Shown in pieces: positions 1 through 9,651 of a stretch of 64,000 nt of DNA (the stretch's first letter is position 1; each line of letters begins with the position of its first letter). The translations under genes were made by a program, and so were the position numbers. The stretch covers positions 10,334-74,333 of the forward strand of contig JBJEBJ010000010.1 in NCBI GenBank assembly GCA_051869955.1, given 5' to 3'. The notes beneath the pieces are model-generated. The model saw only the letters and a list, made by a program, of their open reading frames with translations, had not been told where the DNA came from and did no database searches. This DNA comes from Candidatus Cryptobacteroides sp. (GTDB taxonomy: Bacteria > Bacteroidota > Bacteroidia > Bacteroidales > UBA932).

Positions 1-635
1 ACATTGGGATCTATACCGTAACGGTTCGCGAAGGACTTCAACTGCATGGAAATGCCCCTCGGGGATATCACCTTGCCGAACCTGTTCAGGAAAATGAATC
101 CGGAATACCTGTTCTGCCTGACAAGCCATGCGGAAAGTTCCTTCCGCAGAGACTTCGGTATATACAGGCGACGGACTTTGCCACCTTTCGAATATATGTC
201 GAAATATCCGGCCTTGATGTCCTCAACCTTGACTTTCAGGAGTTCACTCACCCTTGCCCCTGTCGCTCCCATGAACCAGACAATAAAGTACCACTCTTTC
301 AGCCCGTCCTGCTTGAGGCGGAATTTCAGGAACCTGTAGTCCGCATCGCTGATGACATTTTCGAGGAAATTCTTCTGCTGGACCTTCACGAGTTTTAGAC
401 GATGTGACTCCAGACCGATGAATTTCAGATATTTGTTGATAGCCTGCAGCCTGAGATTTACAGTCTGGGGCTTGTAATGCTCCACGAGATATCCCTTGTA
501 TTTCAGCAAGTTATCCACCGTAAAGCCACCATATTCATCTATAAAGTGACGGACCGTCCACAGGTAAGAACCGATAGTATTCTCTGCCAGTCCCGACTTG
601 GACAGCCATGTATTGAATTCTTTCAGCATCAGCAT
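1..635 (-). CDS. Tyrosine-type recombinase/integrase, 5' part (runs off the left edge)
   Basis: Not in the ORF track. Reverse-strand translation from ATG 635/629 reads MLMLKEFNTWLSKSGLAENTIGSYLWTV...YKPQTVNLRLQAINKYL...WFMGATGARVSELL...YSKGGKVRRLYIP...FLNRFGKVISPRGISMQLKSFANRYGIDPNV. This gives a SAM-like N-domain plus the catalytic Arg (TGARVSE) and Lys motifs; the HxxR box would lie just outside the window. Confidence 0.88.
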   Translation of the reverse strand, partial: MLMLKEFNTWLSKSGLAENTIGSYLWTVRHFIDEYGGFTVDNLLKYKGYLVEHYKPQTVNLRLQAINKYLKFIGLESHRLKLVKVQQKNFLENVISDADYRFLKFRLKQDGLKEWYFIVWFMGATGARVSELLKVKVEDIKAGYFDIYSKGGKVRRLYIPKSLRKELSAWLVRQNRYSGFIFLNRFGKVISPRGISMQLKSFANRYGIDPN

Positions 636-818
636 TCGGATTATGCGGTCATCAATACTCGAACTACTGCAAAAAAGTATTGCTCTTCTTTACAAATATA
701 TGATTTAAATAGCTGTAATAAAAGCAATTTCACAGCAAATTTGGGGGTAAACAACATATTTTTGTAGGCGTACTGACGAGCAGCCTGCAAGTAGTTTGAA
801 AACGGGGTCGGATGAGAG

Positions 819-850
819 AAAAAACAAACCTCTCCAGTCACCTGGAGAGG
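819..850 (-). terminator. Rho-independent terminator after tRNA-Gly
   Basis: Stem CCTCTCCAG/CTGGAGAGG (829-850) followed on the minus strand by TTTGTTTTTT. Confidence 0.7.
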
Positions 851-885
851 CTGAATAAGATATAAGCACTGCATCCTTGCAGTTG

Positions 886-958
886 AGCGGAAAACGGGGT
901 TCGAACCCGCGACCTTCGGCTTGGGAAGCCGACGCTCTACCAACTGAGCTATTTCCGC
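886..958 (-). tRNA. tRNA-Gly (anticodon CCC); CCA not encoded
   Basis: Reverse complement is GCGGAAATAGCTCAGTTGGTAGAGCGTCGGCTTCCCAAGCCGAAGGTCGCGGGTTCGAACCCCGTTTTCCGCT. It has acceptor stem GCGGAAA/TTTCCGC, D-arm AGCTCAGTTGGTAGAGC, anticodon loop TT-CCC-AA and T-loop GTTCGAA. A TAACTTTG promoter-like element lies upstream. Confidence 0.96.
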
Positions 959-1043
959 GTCATCCCGCCCCTTGGAGGGAAACGGGATTACAAAGTTACT
1001 GAAAATTCCGACAAATGCAAGTCCCGGAATTCAAAAATATTCC

Positions 1044-2690
1044 CTACACGTACAGGAAACGCTTGATGCTGCCCTTCGGAGTCTTGGCAAACGGCTCATA
1101 CTGAATCTCATAGGAAGACACCATCGAATAAGCCGGCACAATCTTGTTCAAGGATTCGAGATTGGAATCCATTATCTTGGCCAGGCTTTCGGAATCAGTC
1201 CCTGCATCCGCGAGCGCATTCTGGTCAGGCACGATGAGGGCCACGAGTTTCTCCTTCCTGCTGGCAATCAGGGATTCTGCCACGAAAGGCATATTGTTCA
1301 GGATTACCTCTATTTCCTCCGGATAGATGTTCTGTCCGTTGGAAGAAAGAATCATGCTCTTGCTGCGGCCGACGAGGAATAGAGTCCCCTCCTTGTCCAT
1401 TGTTCCGAGGTCACCGGTACGGAACCATCCGTCCTCGGTGAATACGGCATCGGTCGCCTCCTGGTTCTTGTAATATCCGGTGAAGACGCAGTCGCCCTTC
1501 ACTAAAACCTCGCCGGCAATCTTGGTCGGATATTTGGAATCTATCTTCACCTCAATGTGCTCAGTAACAACCTCTCCGACGGATTTCAGCTTGTATGCCC
1601 CGACATGGCCGAGAGAAATCGTAGGAGCACATTCGGTCATGCCGTAGCCTGTGACGAAAGGGGTTGCAAGCTTGACTGCAAGAAGCTGCTCTATCTGGTC
1701 AGGGATTGCAGCACCTCCGGTGACGAAAACTTCGATATTGCCTCCCATGGCCGAGATGAAGATGGTCCTGAGGGCCTCGCAGAAATCAGGATTGCTCTCG
1801 TATGCTGCAAGCTTGGCCTTTCCGGTCTTGCTGTTTATGAACTCCCCTATCGACTCGTCTATCATCTTCCTGAGAATCAGCGGAACAGCGAAGAATACCT
1901 TCGGACGGAACTCCCGCAGGGCCGGCTTGAGATTGGACGGAACCGGCGGCACGTAAAGCACGACGAGATGCATTCCGGTGCAGAGAGGAGTGACCATGTC
2001 GTAGGTCAGTCCGAAAATATGCGCATAAGGCAGGACGCTCACGTAATTCTCCCCTTCCCGGTATGGGAAATGTGAAGGGATGAGGTCCACGTTGGCACTG
2101 AAGTTCCTGACTGTCAGCATGACACCCTTCGGGAATCCGGTGGAACCGGAGGTGTACATTATGCCGCAGAGTTCGTCCATGGAACGATCCGGATAATTCA
2201 CGTCTTCGGGTTTAAATCCGTCTGGATGAGCCCCGGCGAACCTGGTGTCACGGGCCGCATAGACATCCGCGAAACCGTCTCTCGAGGCAAGCAGTTCACC
2301 GCTCTTTAGGTCGATCACACCGAGGAGCTGTGGCATCTGCTCGAAATCCATATCCTTGAAAATCAACTTCTCCGTGAAAAGTATCCGGCTGTCCGAATGG
2401 TTCACGAGAGCCTGGGTGTCATGGGCGGTGAAACCGTTGAACAACTCGACTGCGACATATCCTCCGGAGACGGAAGCCATGAAAATCTTTGCCCAGTTGG
2501 CAGAGCTTCTCGCATTGATGGCAATCTTGTCCCCCGCTTTGAGACCGGCAGCCTTCAACGAAAGCTGGATATTCTCGATATCGGCTGCAAGCTGGCCGTA
2601 AGTGATGCTGGATGAACGGAATTCGTCAAGTGCCGGCTTGTCCCAGCATCTTTTGACAGTGTCCTCGAATGTCTTGATGAAATACTGCAT
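1044..2690 (-). CDS. Long-chain acyl-CoA synthetase (AMP-binding family), paralogue 1
   Basis: Adenylate-forming motifs YTSGSTGFPKG, GYGMTE, FRTGDLG, GQNIYPEEIE and KTPKGSIKR. Confidence 0.9.
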   Translation of the reverse strand: MQYFIKTFEDTVKRCWDKPALDEFRSSSITYGQLAADIENIQLSLKAAGLKAGDKIAINARSSANWAKIFMASVSGGYVAVELFNGFTAHDTQALVNHSDSRILFTEKLIFKDMDFEQMPQLLGVIDLKSGELLASRDGFADVYAARDTRFAGAHPDGFKPEDVNYPDRSMDELCGIMYTSGSTGFPKGVMLTVRNFSANVDLIPSHFPYREGENYVSVLPYAHIFGLTYDMVTPLCTGMHLVVLYVPPVPSNLKPALREFRPKVFFAVPLILRKMIDESIGEFINSKTGKAKLAAYESNPDFCEALRTIFISAMGGNIEVFVTGGAAIPDQIEQLLAVKLATPFVTGYGMTECAPTISLGHVGAYKLKSVGEVVTEHIEVKIDSKYPTKIAGEVLVKGDCVFTGYYKNQEATDAVFTEDGWFRTGDLGTMDKEGTLFLVGRSKSMILSSNGQNIYPEEIEVILNNMPFVAESLIASRKEKLVALIVPDQNALADAGTDSESLAKIMDSNLESLNKIVPAYSMVSSYEIQYEPFAKTPKGSIKRFLYV

Positions 2691-2835
2691 ATTCGTTTTA
2701 TTTTATTCCAAAAGGTTAACAAATTTAGAACAAAGTTCGCTTTTTTCCAAGAACAAGGCTTATATTCACCACATGTAGCTACATTTTGGCCAATTGAAAC
2801 AAAAAAGCTACCTTTGTCACGTAATCTGAGACACA

Positions 2836-3387
2836 ATGCCTTGCAATCCTGAAGAAATACGGTGGCTGAAGAATCTGGGAGACGGGGACAAGAATGCCTT
2901 TGCATCCTTGTACAAGGCGTATGCGGGAAAATGCATCAATTTCGCCCTGATGCTGACAAAGGATGAGCAGGCTGCGAGGGACATAACCCATGACGTGTTC
3001 GTAAATGTCTGGAGAAAGCGCGAGACCATATCCCGGGTGGATTCGTTTTCAAATTACCTGTTCAGGATGATGCGCAACGAAATCATGGACCATTTCGAAA
3101 GGAACCTGATAAACAGGCGTTTCCTCGCCCGGCAGACCCTTCAGGACGATGACCCGATTTCCTTCACGGACGAAAAAGTGGATTTCGACGAATTGCAAAG
3201 ACTGATTGCCGGAGCTTTGGGAAAAATGCCGGCGCAGAGGAGGGAGGTCTTCGAATTGAGCAGATACAAAGGATTAACCAACAATGAGATAGCTTCCCGA
3301 TTCGGCATCAGCGTCAGGACCGTGGAGAAACACATTTCCAACGCATTGTCGGACATAAGGAAAGAACTCAAGGAAAATTTTGCATAA
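2836..3387 (+). CDS. ECF RNA polymerase sigma-70 factor
   Basis: Region 2 ARDITHDVFVNVW..FSNYLFRMMRN and region 4 REVFELSRYKGLTNNEIA..ISVRTVEKHIS. Lies directly upstream of a FecR gene. Confidence 0.92.
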   Translation: MPCNPEEIRWLKNLGDGDKNAFASLYKAYAGKCINFALMLTKDEQAARDITHDVFVNVWRKRETISRVDSFSNYLFRMMRNEIMDHFERNLINRRFLARQTLQDDDPISFTDEKVDFDELQRLIAGALGKMPAQRREVFELSRYKGLTNNEIASRFGISVRTVEKHISNALSDIRKELKENFA

Positions 3388-3450
3388 ATTTCATTTCCGG
3401 CCTACGTGTTCGGGGGCAGAAAAAGGTCAATATAGTAAAACAGCGGTTTA

Positions 3451-4422
3451 ATGACGAAAAAGACCATCAAAGAGACAATCGAATCTTTCTCAAGGGGGAT
3501 GTTCCCAGAGGAAATCAACTCCGGCTTCGAAAAATGGATGCTGGACGGAGTTTCCGCGGCCGAGAAGGAGGAAGCCATGAATGAAATCTGGGCCGGACTC
3601 GACAACACCCCTGTGAAGGAAGATCTGACTGATGATCCTTTCGACCTTATCGCGGAGGCGGACGGGCTGCAGAAACATGGCAGGAACGGCGGCAGATTAC
3701 GGAAAATTCTGCTGTCCGCTGCCGGTATTGCGGCCGCGCTGCTTGCTTTTGCAGGAGTTTACAGGCTCGGGGCAATCTCAGGATCCGGAATGTGCCTCGC
3801 ATCTGCAGACCACACCAAGAGCAGCTTCGTCCTCCCCGACAGTTCCAGGGTATGGCTGAACAGCGGAAGCCGTCTGTATCTGGCCCGTGGACTGAAAGGC
3901 AGGCAACGGAAGGTGAAGCTCGAAGGGGAAGGCTATTTCGAGGTGCGTCATGACGAAAGGAGGCCGTTCATCGTGAAGACTGACAAGATGGACATCACGG
4001 TGCTCGGTACAAGATTCACGGTGACGGCATACGAAGACGGCCCTTTCTCGGCTTGTCTCGCTGAAGGCAGCGTCAATGTCAGCGGCAAAGGTGTTCCTGA
4101 AACCGTCCTGAAACCGGGTGAGATGTTCTCCGAGGACGGCGATTCCTGGAAATTGACCAATGTCAGGGCGTCCAATTTCACTGCCTGGGCCGGAAACCAG
4201 ATGGTGTTCGACGAGTATCCGCTCACCGACATCATCGAAAGTCTCGAGCATTGGTACAATGTGAAGTTCACGACCGGAGGGGGTCTGAAGCCTGACGAGA
4301 TAAGGCTATCCCTGACAGTACGCACGGAGCCGGTGGAGGAGATCCTCGAAGCCATCGGGGAGATTTCCGGAATACACTACCGCATCATTGACGAAGGTCA
4401 TATTCTGCTGTTCATTGATTAA
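3451..4422 (+). CDS. FecR-family anti-sigma factor
   Basis: A single TM segment followed by LPDSSRVWLNSGSRL, LEGEGYFEV..D..RPFIV and VLGTRFTV, with a C-terminal DUF4974-like region. Confidence 0.92.
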   Translation: MTKKTIKETIESFSRGMFPEEINSGFEKWMLDGVSAAEKEEAMNEIWAGLDNTPVKEDLTDDPFDLIAEADGLQKHGRNGGRLRKILLSAAGIAAALLAFAGVYRLGAISGSGMCLASADHTKSSFVLPDSSRVWLNSGSRLYLARGLKGRQRKVKLEGEGYFEVRHDERRPFIVKTDKMDITVLGTRFTVTAYEDGPFSACLAEGSVNVSGKGVPETVLKPGEMFSEDGDSWKLTNVRASNFTAWAGNQMVFDEYPLTDIIESLEHWYNVKFTTGGGLKPDEIRLSLTVRTEPVEEILEAIGEISGIHYRIIDEGHILLFID

Positions 4423-4583
4423 GGAAGCTGAAAATAATAACCTGCTTCAGATTCGACTTGGATTTTCGAGGTCAGATTTTCTGTCGAAGAGGGAGCGTAG
4501 CCGTAGCTACGTGACTGATGAGAAAGGAAATATGGACCGAAAAGATTGACGAAGATGATGCTGATTATTATTTGAAGATTCCT
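4422..4583. mobile_element. MITE-like palindromic element (~160 bp) between fecR and susC
   Basis: Terminal inverted repeats AGGAAGCTGAAAATAATAA (4422-4440) and TTATTATTTGAAGATTCCT (4565-4583) match at 16/19. Central hairpin CGTAGC-CGTA-GCTACG (4496-4511); non-coding. Confidence 0.6.
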
Positions 4584-4622
4584 AACTAAGGTATTTAAAC
4601 CGTAAGATTAATAACCGACACA

Positions 4623-7600
4623 ATGGAACAGAGAAAAGCTGTTCTGGCAGTCATATTGCTGTCAGCACTATTCATTTGCCGATTTCCGTTGTCCGCACAA
4701 GTCCCGAAAGCGTCTGTCCACAAGGACAATGTGCCGATAAAGGAAATCCTCAAGACCATCGAGAAAGAGACCGACTACGCCTTCTTTTGGAACTCCTCCG
4801 ATTTCGACGCGGGCAGGAAAGTATCTGTGAATGTGGACAATGCGCAGGTAACGGACATCATCTCGCAGATTCTTCCGGGCTTCAGCTGCCGGATAGACAA
4901 AGGCAAGATTATCCTGGTAAGGAAACCTTCGGAGACAGAACGTCCTGAACCTGCAGCCACGGTCAGGAAACCCGTAACCCTGCGGGGACGAATCCTCGAC
5001 GAGGAGCACGAGCCCCTGCCCGGAGCCTCCGTCATCATCCGAATAGACGGCAGGAATTACGGAACTACAGCCGATGCCGACGGAGCATTCACATTGAGCC
5101 TTCCGGACACTCCGCGGGAAGGAACTCTCCTGACAGCCTCATTCATAGGATTCATTGACAGTTCAATACCGTTTTCCGGCAAGCATGAGCTCGAATTCGT
5201 ATTGCGGCAGGACGAGGAACTCCTGTCCGAATCCGTCGTGGTGGGCTACGGACGTCAGGAGAAAATCAACCTTACCGGATCAGTTGCGGCGATTTCGAGC
5301 GAAAACATTACCCGCCGTCCTGTAATGAGGGCCACCGCTTCCCTTGCGGGTCTTGCGAGCGGTGTTTCCGTGACACAGACGACAGGACAGCCGGGCTCCG
5401 ACGGAGCAACGGTACGCATCCGCGGAATAGGCACATTGAACAATTCCGCCCCGCTCGTCCTGATAGACGGAATCTCCGGCCAGCTCGACGGCATCAACCC
5501 CAACGACATTGAGTCCATTTCAATTCTCAAGGACGCCGCATCTTCAGCAATCTATGGCTCGAGAGCCGCCAACGGAGTGATTCTTGTCACCACCAAGGAA
5601 GGCTCACAGGACAGGATATCAGTCACTTACAACGGCTATGCAGGATTCCAGTCCCCTACCGCCATGCCTGATTTCGTCTCGAATCTGGAATACATGGAGA
5701 ATATCAACAAGGCTTACGCCAACGAAGGCAAGGCGCCCTTGTATTCGGAACAATATATTGCGGACTGGCTCAGATACAGGAAGATTGACCCCGACCATTA
5801 TCCTGACAACGACTGGCAGAAACTGCTCATGACCGGTTCCGGATTCACCCAGAACCACCATATCAGCGTCAGCGCAGGAAGCAAGAGCATCAGGGGATTC
5901 GCTTCGTTCGCCTACCAGAGCCAGGACGGTATAATGGAGAATTTCTCCGCGAACAGATATTCCCTCAGGGCCAATATCAGTGCGGACATCGCCAAATGGC
6001 TGACTGCCGGGCTGCTCGTGGACGGGCGCCGTTCCACCACCGAAACTCCTTCATATCAGTCGAATATGAAATCCGCCATAAACCGTCTGCCGGGCATCTA
6101 CACATGCATTTTGACAGACGGCAGGTGGGGTACCGGATACAATCAGAGGAACGCTCTTGCACTCGGAATGGACGGCGGCGAGACAACGGCCGTATCGGAC
6201 AATATCAGGGCGACGTTTTCAGTAGGGTTCAAGCCTGTCAAGGGTCTCGGAATCGACTTCAAATGGACTCCGAACATCACGAACAGCTACAAGAAAGTGA
6301 TGCGCAAGACCGTAGCCATGTACGAGCCGGATTTGGAAACGCCTGCTGCAGAGGCACCTGCGCTCAGTTCCCTTAGCCAGTCGGATGACAAGACCACGAT
6401 GACCACAATGCAGGTCCTGGCCAATTACGGGCACGAATTCAAGAAAGGCCACAAGCTTGATGTCCTTCTCGGATACGAACAGATTGATTACAGGACCAGC
6501 GGAATCTCGCTTGCCCGGGAGGGATTCGTACTTCCGGAATACGAAGTGATGGACGCAGGCTCGGCCGAGAACATGAGCAACGGAGGAGACGCATCCTCAT
6601 GGGCGTTGCTGTCCGGATTCGCAAGGATAAACTGGTCATACCGGTCCAGATATCTCCTCGAGGCCAATGTCAGAGCCGATGGTTCATCACGATTCGCCAA
6701 AGGCAACAGATATGGCGTATTCCCTTCATTCTCAGCCGGATGGAGAATCTCAGAAGAGCCGTTCATGCGCAATGCCACATGGCTCAACAACCTGAAAATC
6801 CGTGTTTCATGGGGCAGACTCGGCAATCAGGAAATCGGTACTTATCCGGCCTACGCCACTATCAAGTTCAATCCTTCCTACGTTCTCGGAGGCAAGCCTG
6901 CCGACGGAGGATACCAGACGGCATACGCCAACAGCGGCATATCCTGGGAATCGTCAGAGACCATTGACGCAGGACTCGACTTCAGCCTGTTCGGAAACAA
7001 GCTCACAGCCTCTTTCGACTGGTACAGGAAGAACACCACCGACATTCTCCTGAAGCTCCCGATTCCGAACATCACCGGTCTCTCCGAACCGTATCAGAAC
7101 GCCGGGGTGGTAAGGAACTCGGGATGGGATCTGGAAATAGGGCACAAGAATTCCGTAAAGGATTTCTCCTACTCCATATCGTTCAATCTGTCAGACGTTT
7201 ACAACAAGGTCATCGACCTCAGGGGCACCGGCCCGATCATAAGCGGGTACACCGTCATCAACGAGGGATATCCTATCAACTCGCTGTACGGCTACAAGTC
7301 CGACGGGCTCTTCCGGAACCGTGTGGAACTCATCAACCATCCATCCCAGAGATATTTCGGAAATTACTCGCTCGGTGACATCAAATACGTGAATGTCAGC
7401 GATGAGGACGGTACCGAAAATGTCATCAACGCATATGACAGGACCGTCATCGGGAACCAGATACCGCGTCTCATTTTCGGACTCAATTTCTCCGCGGAAT
7501 GGAAATGGCTCGACCTGACCCTGATGTTCCAGGGCATCGGCAAGCGTGACATCATCCTCACCGGAGATGCCGTCTGGGCCCTTTACAACGGAGGCAAGAT

Positions 7601-7937
7601 GCAGACCTGGATGAGGGACAACTGGTCATCCGACAATCCGGACGCTTCCTATCCGAGACTCATTGCATCGTCCTCCCACAATAATTATCAGTATTCCGAT
7701 TTCTGGGTGTACAATGCCGCATTCCTCAGGCTAAAGACGGCCCAGCTCGGATTCACTTTCCCGGAGAAATGGATGTCGAAGATAAGGGTATCCAATCTGA
7801 GAATCTATGTGACAGGAGACAACATATTGACACTCAGCTCACTGCCGAAAGGATGGGACCCTGAGATGGGCTCCGGTGCCGCAGATATCTATCCGCTCAC
7901 CAAGACCTGGCTTTTCGGCGTCCAGCTGACTTTCTGA
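4623..7937 (+). CDS. SusC/RagA TonB-dependent receptor with N-terminal STN signalling domain
   Basis: Signal peptide and STN-like segment, VVVGYG, plug motifs IRIRGIGT / PLVLIDG / ESISILKDAASSAIYGSRAANGVILVTTK, RADGSSRF, FPSFSAGWRIS, and C-terminal QLTF. Confidence 0.96.
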   Translation: MEQRKAVLAVILLSALFICRFPLSAQVPKASVHKDNVPIKEILKTIEKETDYAFFWNSSDFDAGRKVSVNVDNAQVTDIISQILPGFSCRIDKGKIILVRKPSETERPEPAATVRKPVTLRGRILDEEHEPLPGASVIIRIDGRNYGTTADADGAFTLSLPDTPREGTLLTASFIGFIDSSIPFSGKHELEFVLRQDEELLSESVVVGYGRQEKINLTGSVAAISSENITRRPVMRATASLAGLASGVSVTQTTGQPGSDGATVRIRGIGTLNNSAPLVLIDGISGQLDGINPNDIESISILKDAASSAIYGSRAANGVILVTTKEGSQDRISVTYNGYAGFQSPTAMPDFVSNLEYMENINKAYANEGKAPLYSEQYIADWLRYRKIDPDHYPDNDWQKLLMTGSGFTQNHHISVSAGSKSIRGFASFAYQSQDGIMENFSANRYSLRANISADIAKWLTAGLLVDGRRSTTETPSYQSNMKSAINRLPGIYTCILTDGRWGTGYNQRNALALGMDGGETTAVSDNIRATFSVGFKPVKGLGIDFKWTPNITNSYKKVMRKTVAMYEPDLETPAAEAPALSSLSQSDDKTTMTTMQVLANYGHEFKKGHKLDVLLGYEQIDYRTSGISLAREGFVLPEYEVMDAGSAENMSNGGDASSWALLSGFARINWSYRSRYLLEANVRADGSSRFAKGNRYGVFPSFSAGWRISEEPFMRNATWLNNLKIRVSWGRLGNQEIGTYPAYATIKFNPSYVLGGKPADGGYQTAYANSGISWESSETIDAGLDFSLFGNKLTASFDWYRKNTTDILLKLPIPNITGLSEPYQNAGVVRNSGWDLEIGHKNSVKDFSYSISFNLSDVYNKVIDLRGTGPIISGYTVINEGYPINSLYGYKSDGLFRNRVELINHPSQRYFGNYSLGDIKYVNVSDEDGTENVINAYDRTVIGNQIPRLIFGLNFSAEWKWLDLTLMFQGIGKRDIILTGDAVWALYNGGKMQTWMRDNWSSDNPDASYPRLIASSSHNNYQYSDFWVYNAAFLRLKTAQLGFTFPEKWMSKIRVSNLRIYVTGDNILTLSSLPKGWDPEMGSGAADIYPLTKTWLFGVQLTF

Positions 7938-7950
7938 CAGAATCCGAATT

Positions 7951-9639
7951 ATGAAAATGACAATATCTGAAAATATGAGACGTGCAAAAAACATATTGAT
8001 TGCAGCCTGCGCAGCGGCGGCGGTTTCCTGCTCCGGATTCCTCGACAAATATCCGCAGACAGGACCGTCCAACGAAGATTTCTTCTCCAACGAAGACGAG
8101 CTGACGCTGGCCGTCAACGGGGCATATTCAGCCCTTTACTGGATGTCTGACCAGAAAGTGCAATACCAGCTTTTCCTCGATGGAGCCACGGACATAGTCT
8201 ATATCAGAGGGACTTACGCCAACATGAACACTATCCAGGCCGGACAGTCCAACGCCCAGACCAATGTATTCTCGAAAATCTGGACACATTTCTACACGAA
8301 GATATCCCTGACCAACAACATTCTTGACAATATGCACAGGGCCGAGGGCAAGGTATCCGAAGAGTTCTTCAACCGCATCGAGGCGGAAGCCAGATTCCTC
8401 AGGGCCTATTGCTACACATACCTTGTATTTCTCTACGGAGACGTGCCTTATATCGACCACATGCTTGACTGGAAGGATTGTCTCCGCCCGAAAAACAAGG
8501 CTGAAGAAATCATAGGACACATTTATGACGACCTGGATTTCGCCGGGGAGCATCTTCCGGAAACCTGGGGAGCGGACGACAAGGGTCGTGCAACCAAAGG
8601 AGCTGCCTTGGGACTGAAGGCAAGGGTGGCCCTCTATGCAGGAGACTGGAAACTCGCCGCCGAGTCAGCCGGAAAGGTGATTGGCAGCGGGGTCTATTCG
8701 ATTGACCCTGACTACGGTGCACTGTTCACTCACAAGGGCGAGAATTCTCCTGAAATAATGCTCGCCGTCCAATACCTGAAGAACGTTCAGATAAACGCCA
8801 ATGCGAAATATATCGGCACGAGACTGTCCAACGGCTATTCCGTGATAGTCCCTACGCAGACTCTCGTGGACATGTACCAGTGCCGTGACGGAAAAAGAAT
8901 CGACAAGTCGCCTCAGTACAATCCGCTGAAGCCTTACGAGAACAGGGATCCGAGGCTCGACCTCTCGATTATCCGTCCGGGAGGCTGGCACAACGGATAC
9001 AAATTCGAGATTCATCCGGATTCCACCAAGACCTCGGCCATCATCAACGGAGAAACGAAACGTGTGGGAAATACCGAAGTTACCAATGCCTACGGAACGT
9101 TCACAGGCTATGTGGGCAGGAAGTATTTCGACGAGGCGGACCTGCCTGACTTCATCTCCGAAAGCGAGCTGAATTTCATCCTGTTGCGTTACGCCGAAGT
9201 GCTCCTTACCTACGCAGAGGCCAGAATCGAAGCCGGGGAGATTGACGGCAGCGTGATTGATGCCATAAACCAGGTAAGGCAGAGGCCGGGAGTGTCAATG
9301 CCTGCAGCCACCCTGTCCATGAGTGCGGACGAACTGCGTGAACTTGTCAGATACGAAAGGACGGTGGAATTCGCGATGGAAGGCCTGAGGCTCTTCGACA
9401 TACGCAGATGGAAAATCGCTGAGCACGTCCTCCCGGGCAAACTTCTCGGGAAACGAGTGAAGGCCCATTGGTACGACCCTGTGATTCCGGCCTTCAACGA
9501 ATGGGGAAAGCCGGTCTATCCGGACGAGAGCATCTTCAACAGCCTCGGGGACCTGAGTTTCGACCCGTCCACAGGTTATCTCTGGCCTATACCGCAGTCT
9601 GAGATTGACCAGAACCCGCTGCTCGCGGAAACACTTTAA
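7951..9639 (+). CDS. SusD/RagB nutrient-binding outer-membrane lipoprotein
   Basis: Lipobox AVSC, EARFLRAYCY..L...YGDVP, GRATKGAA, NRDPRL, RYAEVLLTYAEA, ERTVEFAMEGLRLFDIRRW and WPIPQSEI. The start may be 7975. Confidence 0.95.
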   Translation: MKMTISENMRRAKNILIAACAAAAVSCSGFLDKYPQTGPSNEDFFSNEDELTLAVNGAYSALYWMSDQKVQYQLFLDGATDIVYIRGTYANMNTIQAGQSNAQTNVFSKIWTHFYTKISLTNNILDNMHRAEGKVSEEFFNRIEAEARFLRAYCYTYLVFLYGDVPYIDHMLDWKDCLRPKNKAEEIIGHIYDDLDFAGEHLPETWGADDKGRATKGAALGLKARVALYAGDWKLAAESAGKVIGSGVYSIDPDYGALFTHKGENSPEIMLAVQYLKNVQINANAKYIGTRLSNGYSVIVPTQTLVDMYQCRDGKRIDKSPQYNPLKPYENRDPRLDLSIIRPGGWHNGYKFEIHPDSTKTSAIINGETKRVGNTEVTNAYGTFTGYVGRKYFDEADLPDFISESELNFILLRYAEVLLTYAEARIEAGEIDGSVIDAINQVRQRPGVSMPAATLSMSADELRELVRYERTVEFAMEGLRLFDIRRWKIAEHVLPGKLLGKRVKAHWYDPVIPAFNEWGKPVYPDESIFNSLGDLSFDPSTGYLWPIPQSEIDQNPLLAETL

Positions 9640-9651
9640 AACACATTGACA

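Noticed and set aside
798-808. 11-bp match GAAAACGGGGT to the tRNA 3' region (890-900) as a possible att remnant
   Set aside because: Too short, only ~90 bp away, and nothing mobile is enclosed; compatible with chance.
641-943. 100-aa ORF on the minus strand (MVERRLPKPKVAGSNPV...)
   Set aside because: It is a translation of the tRNA-Gly gene and its trailer.
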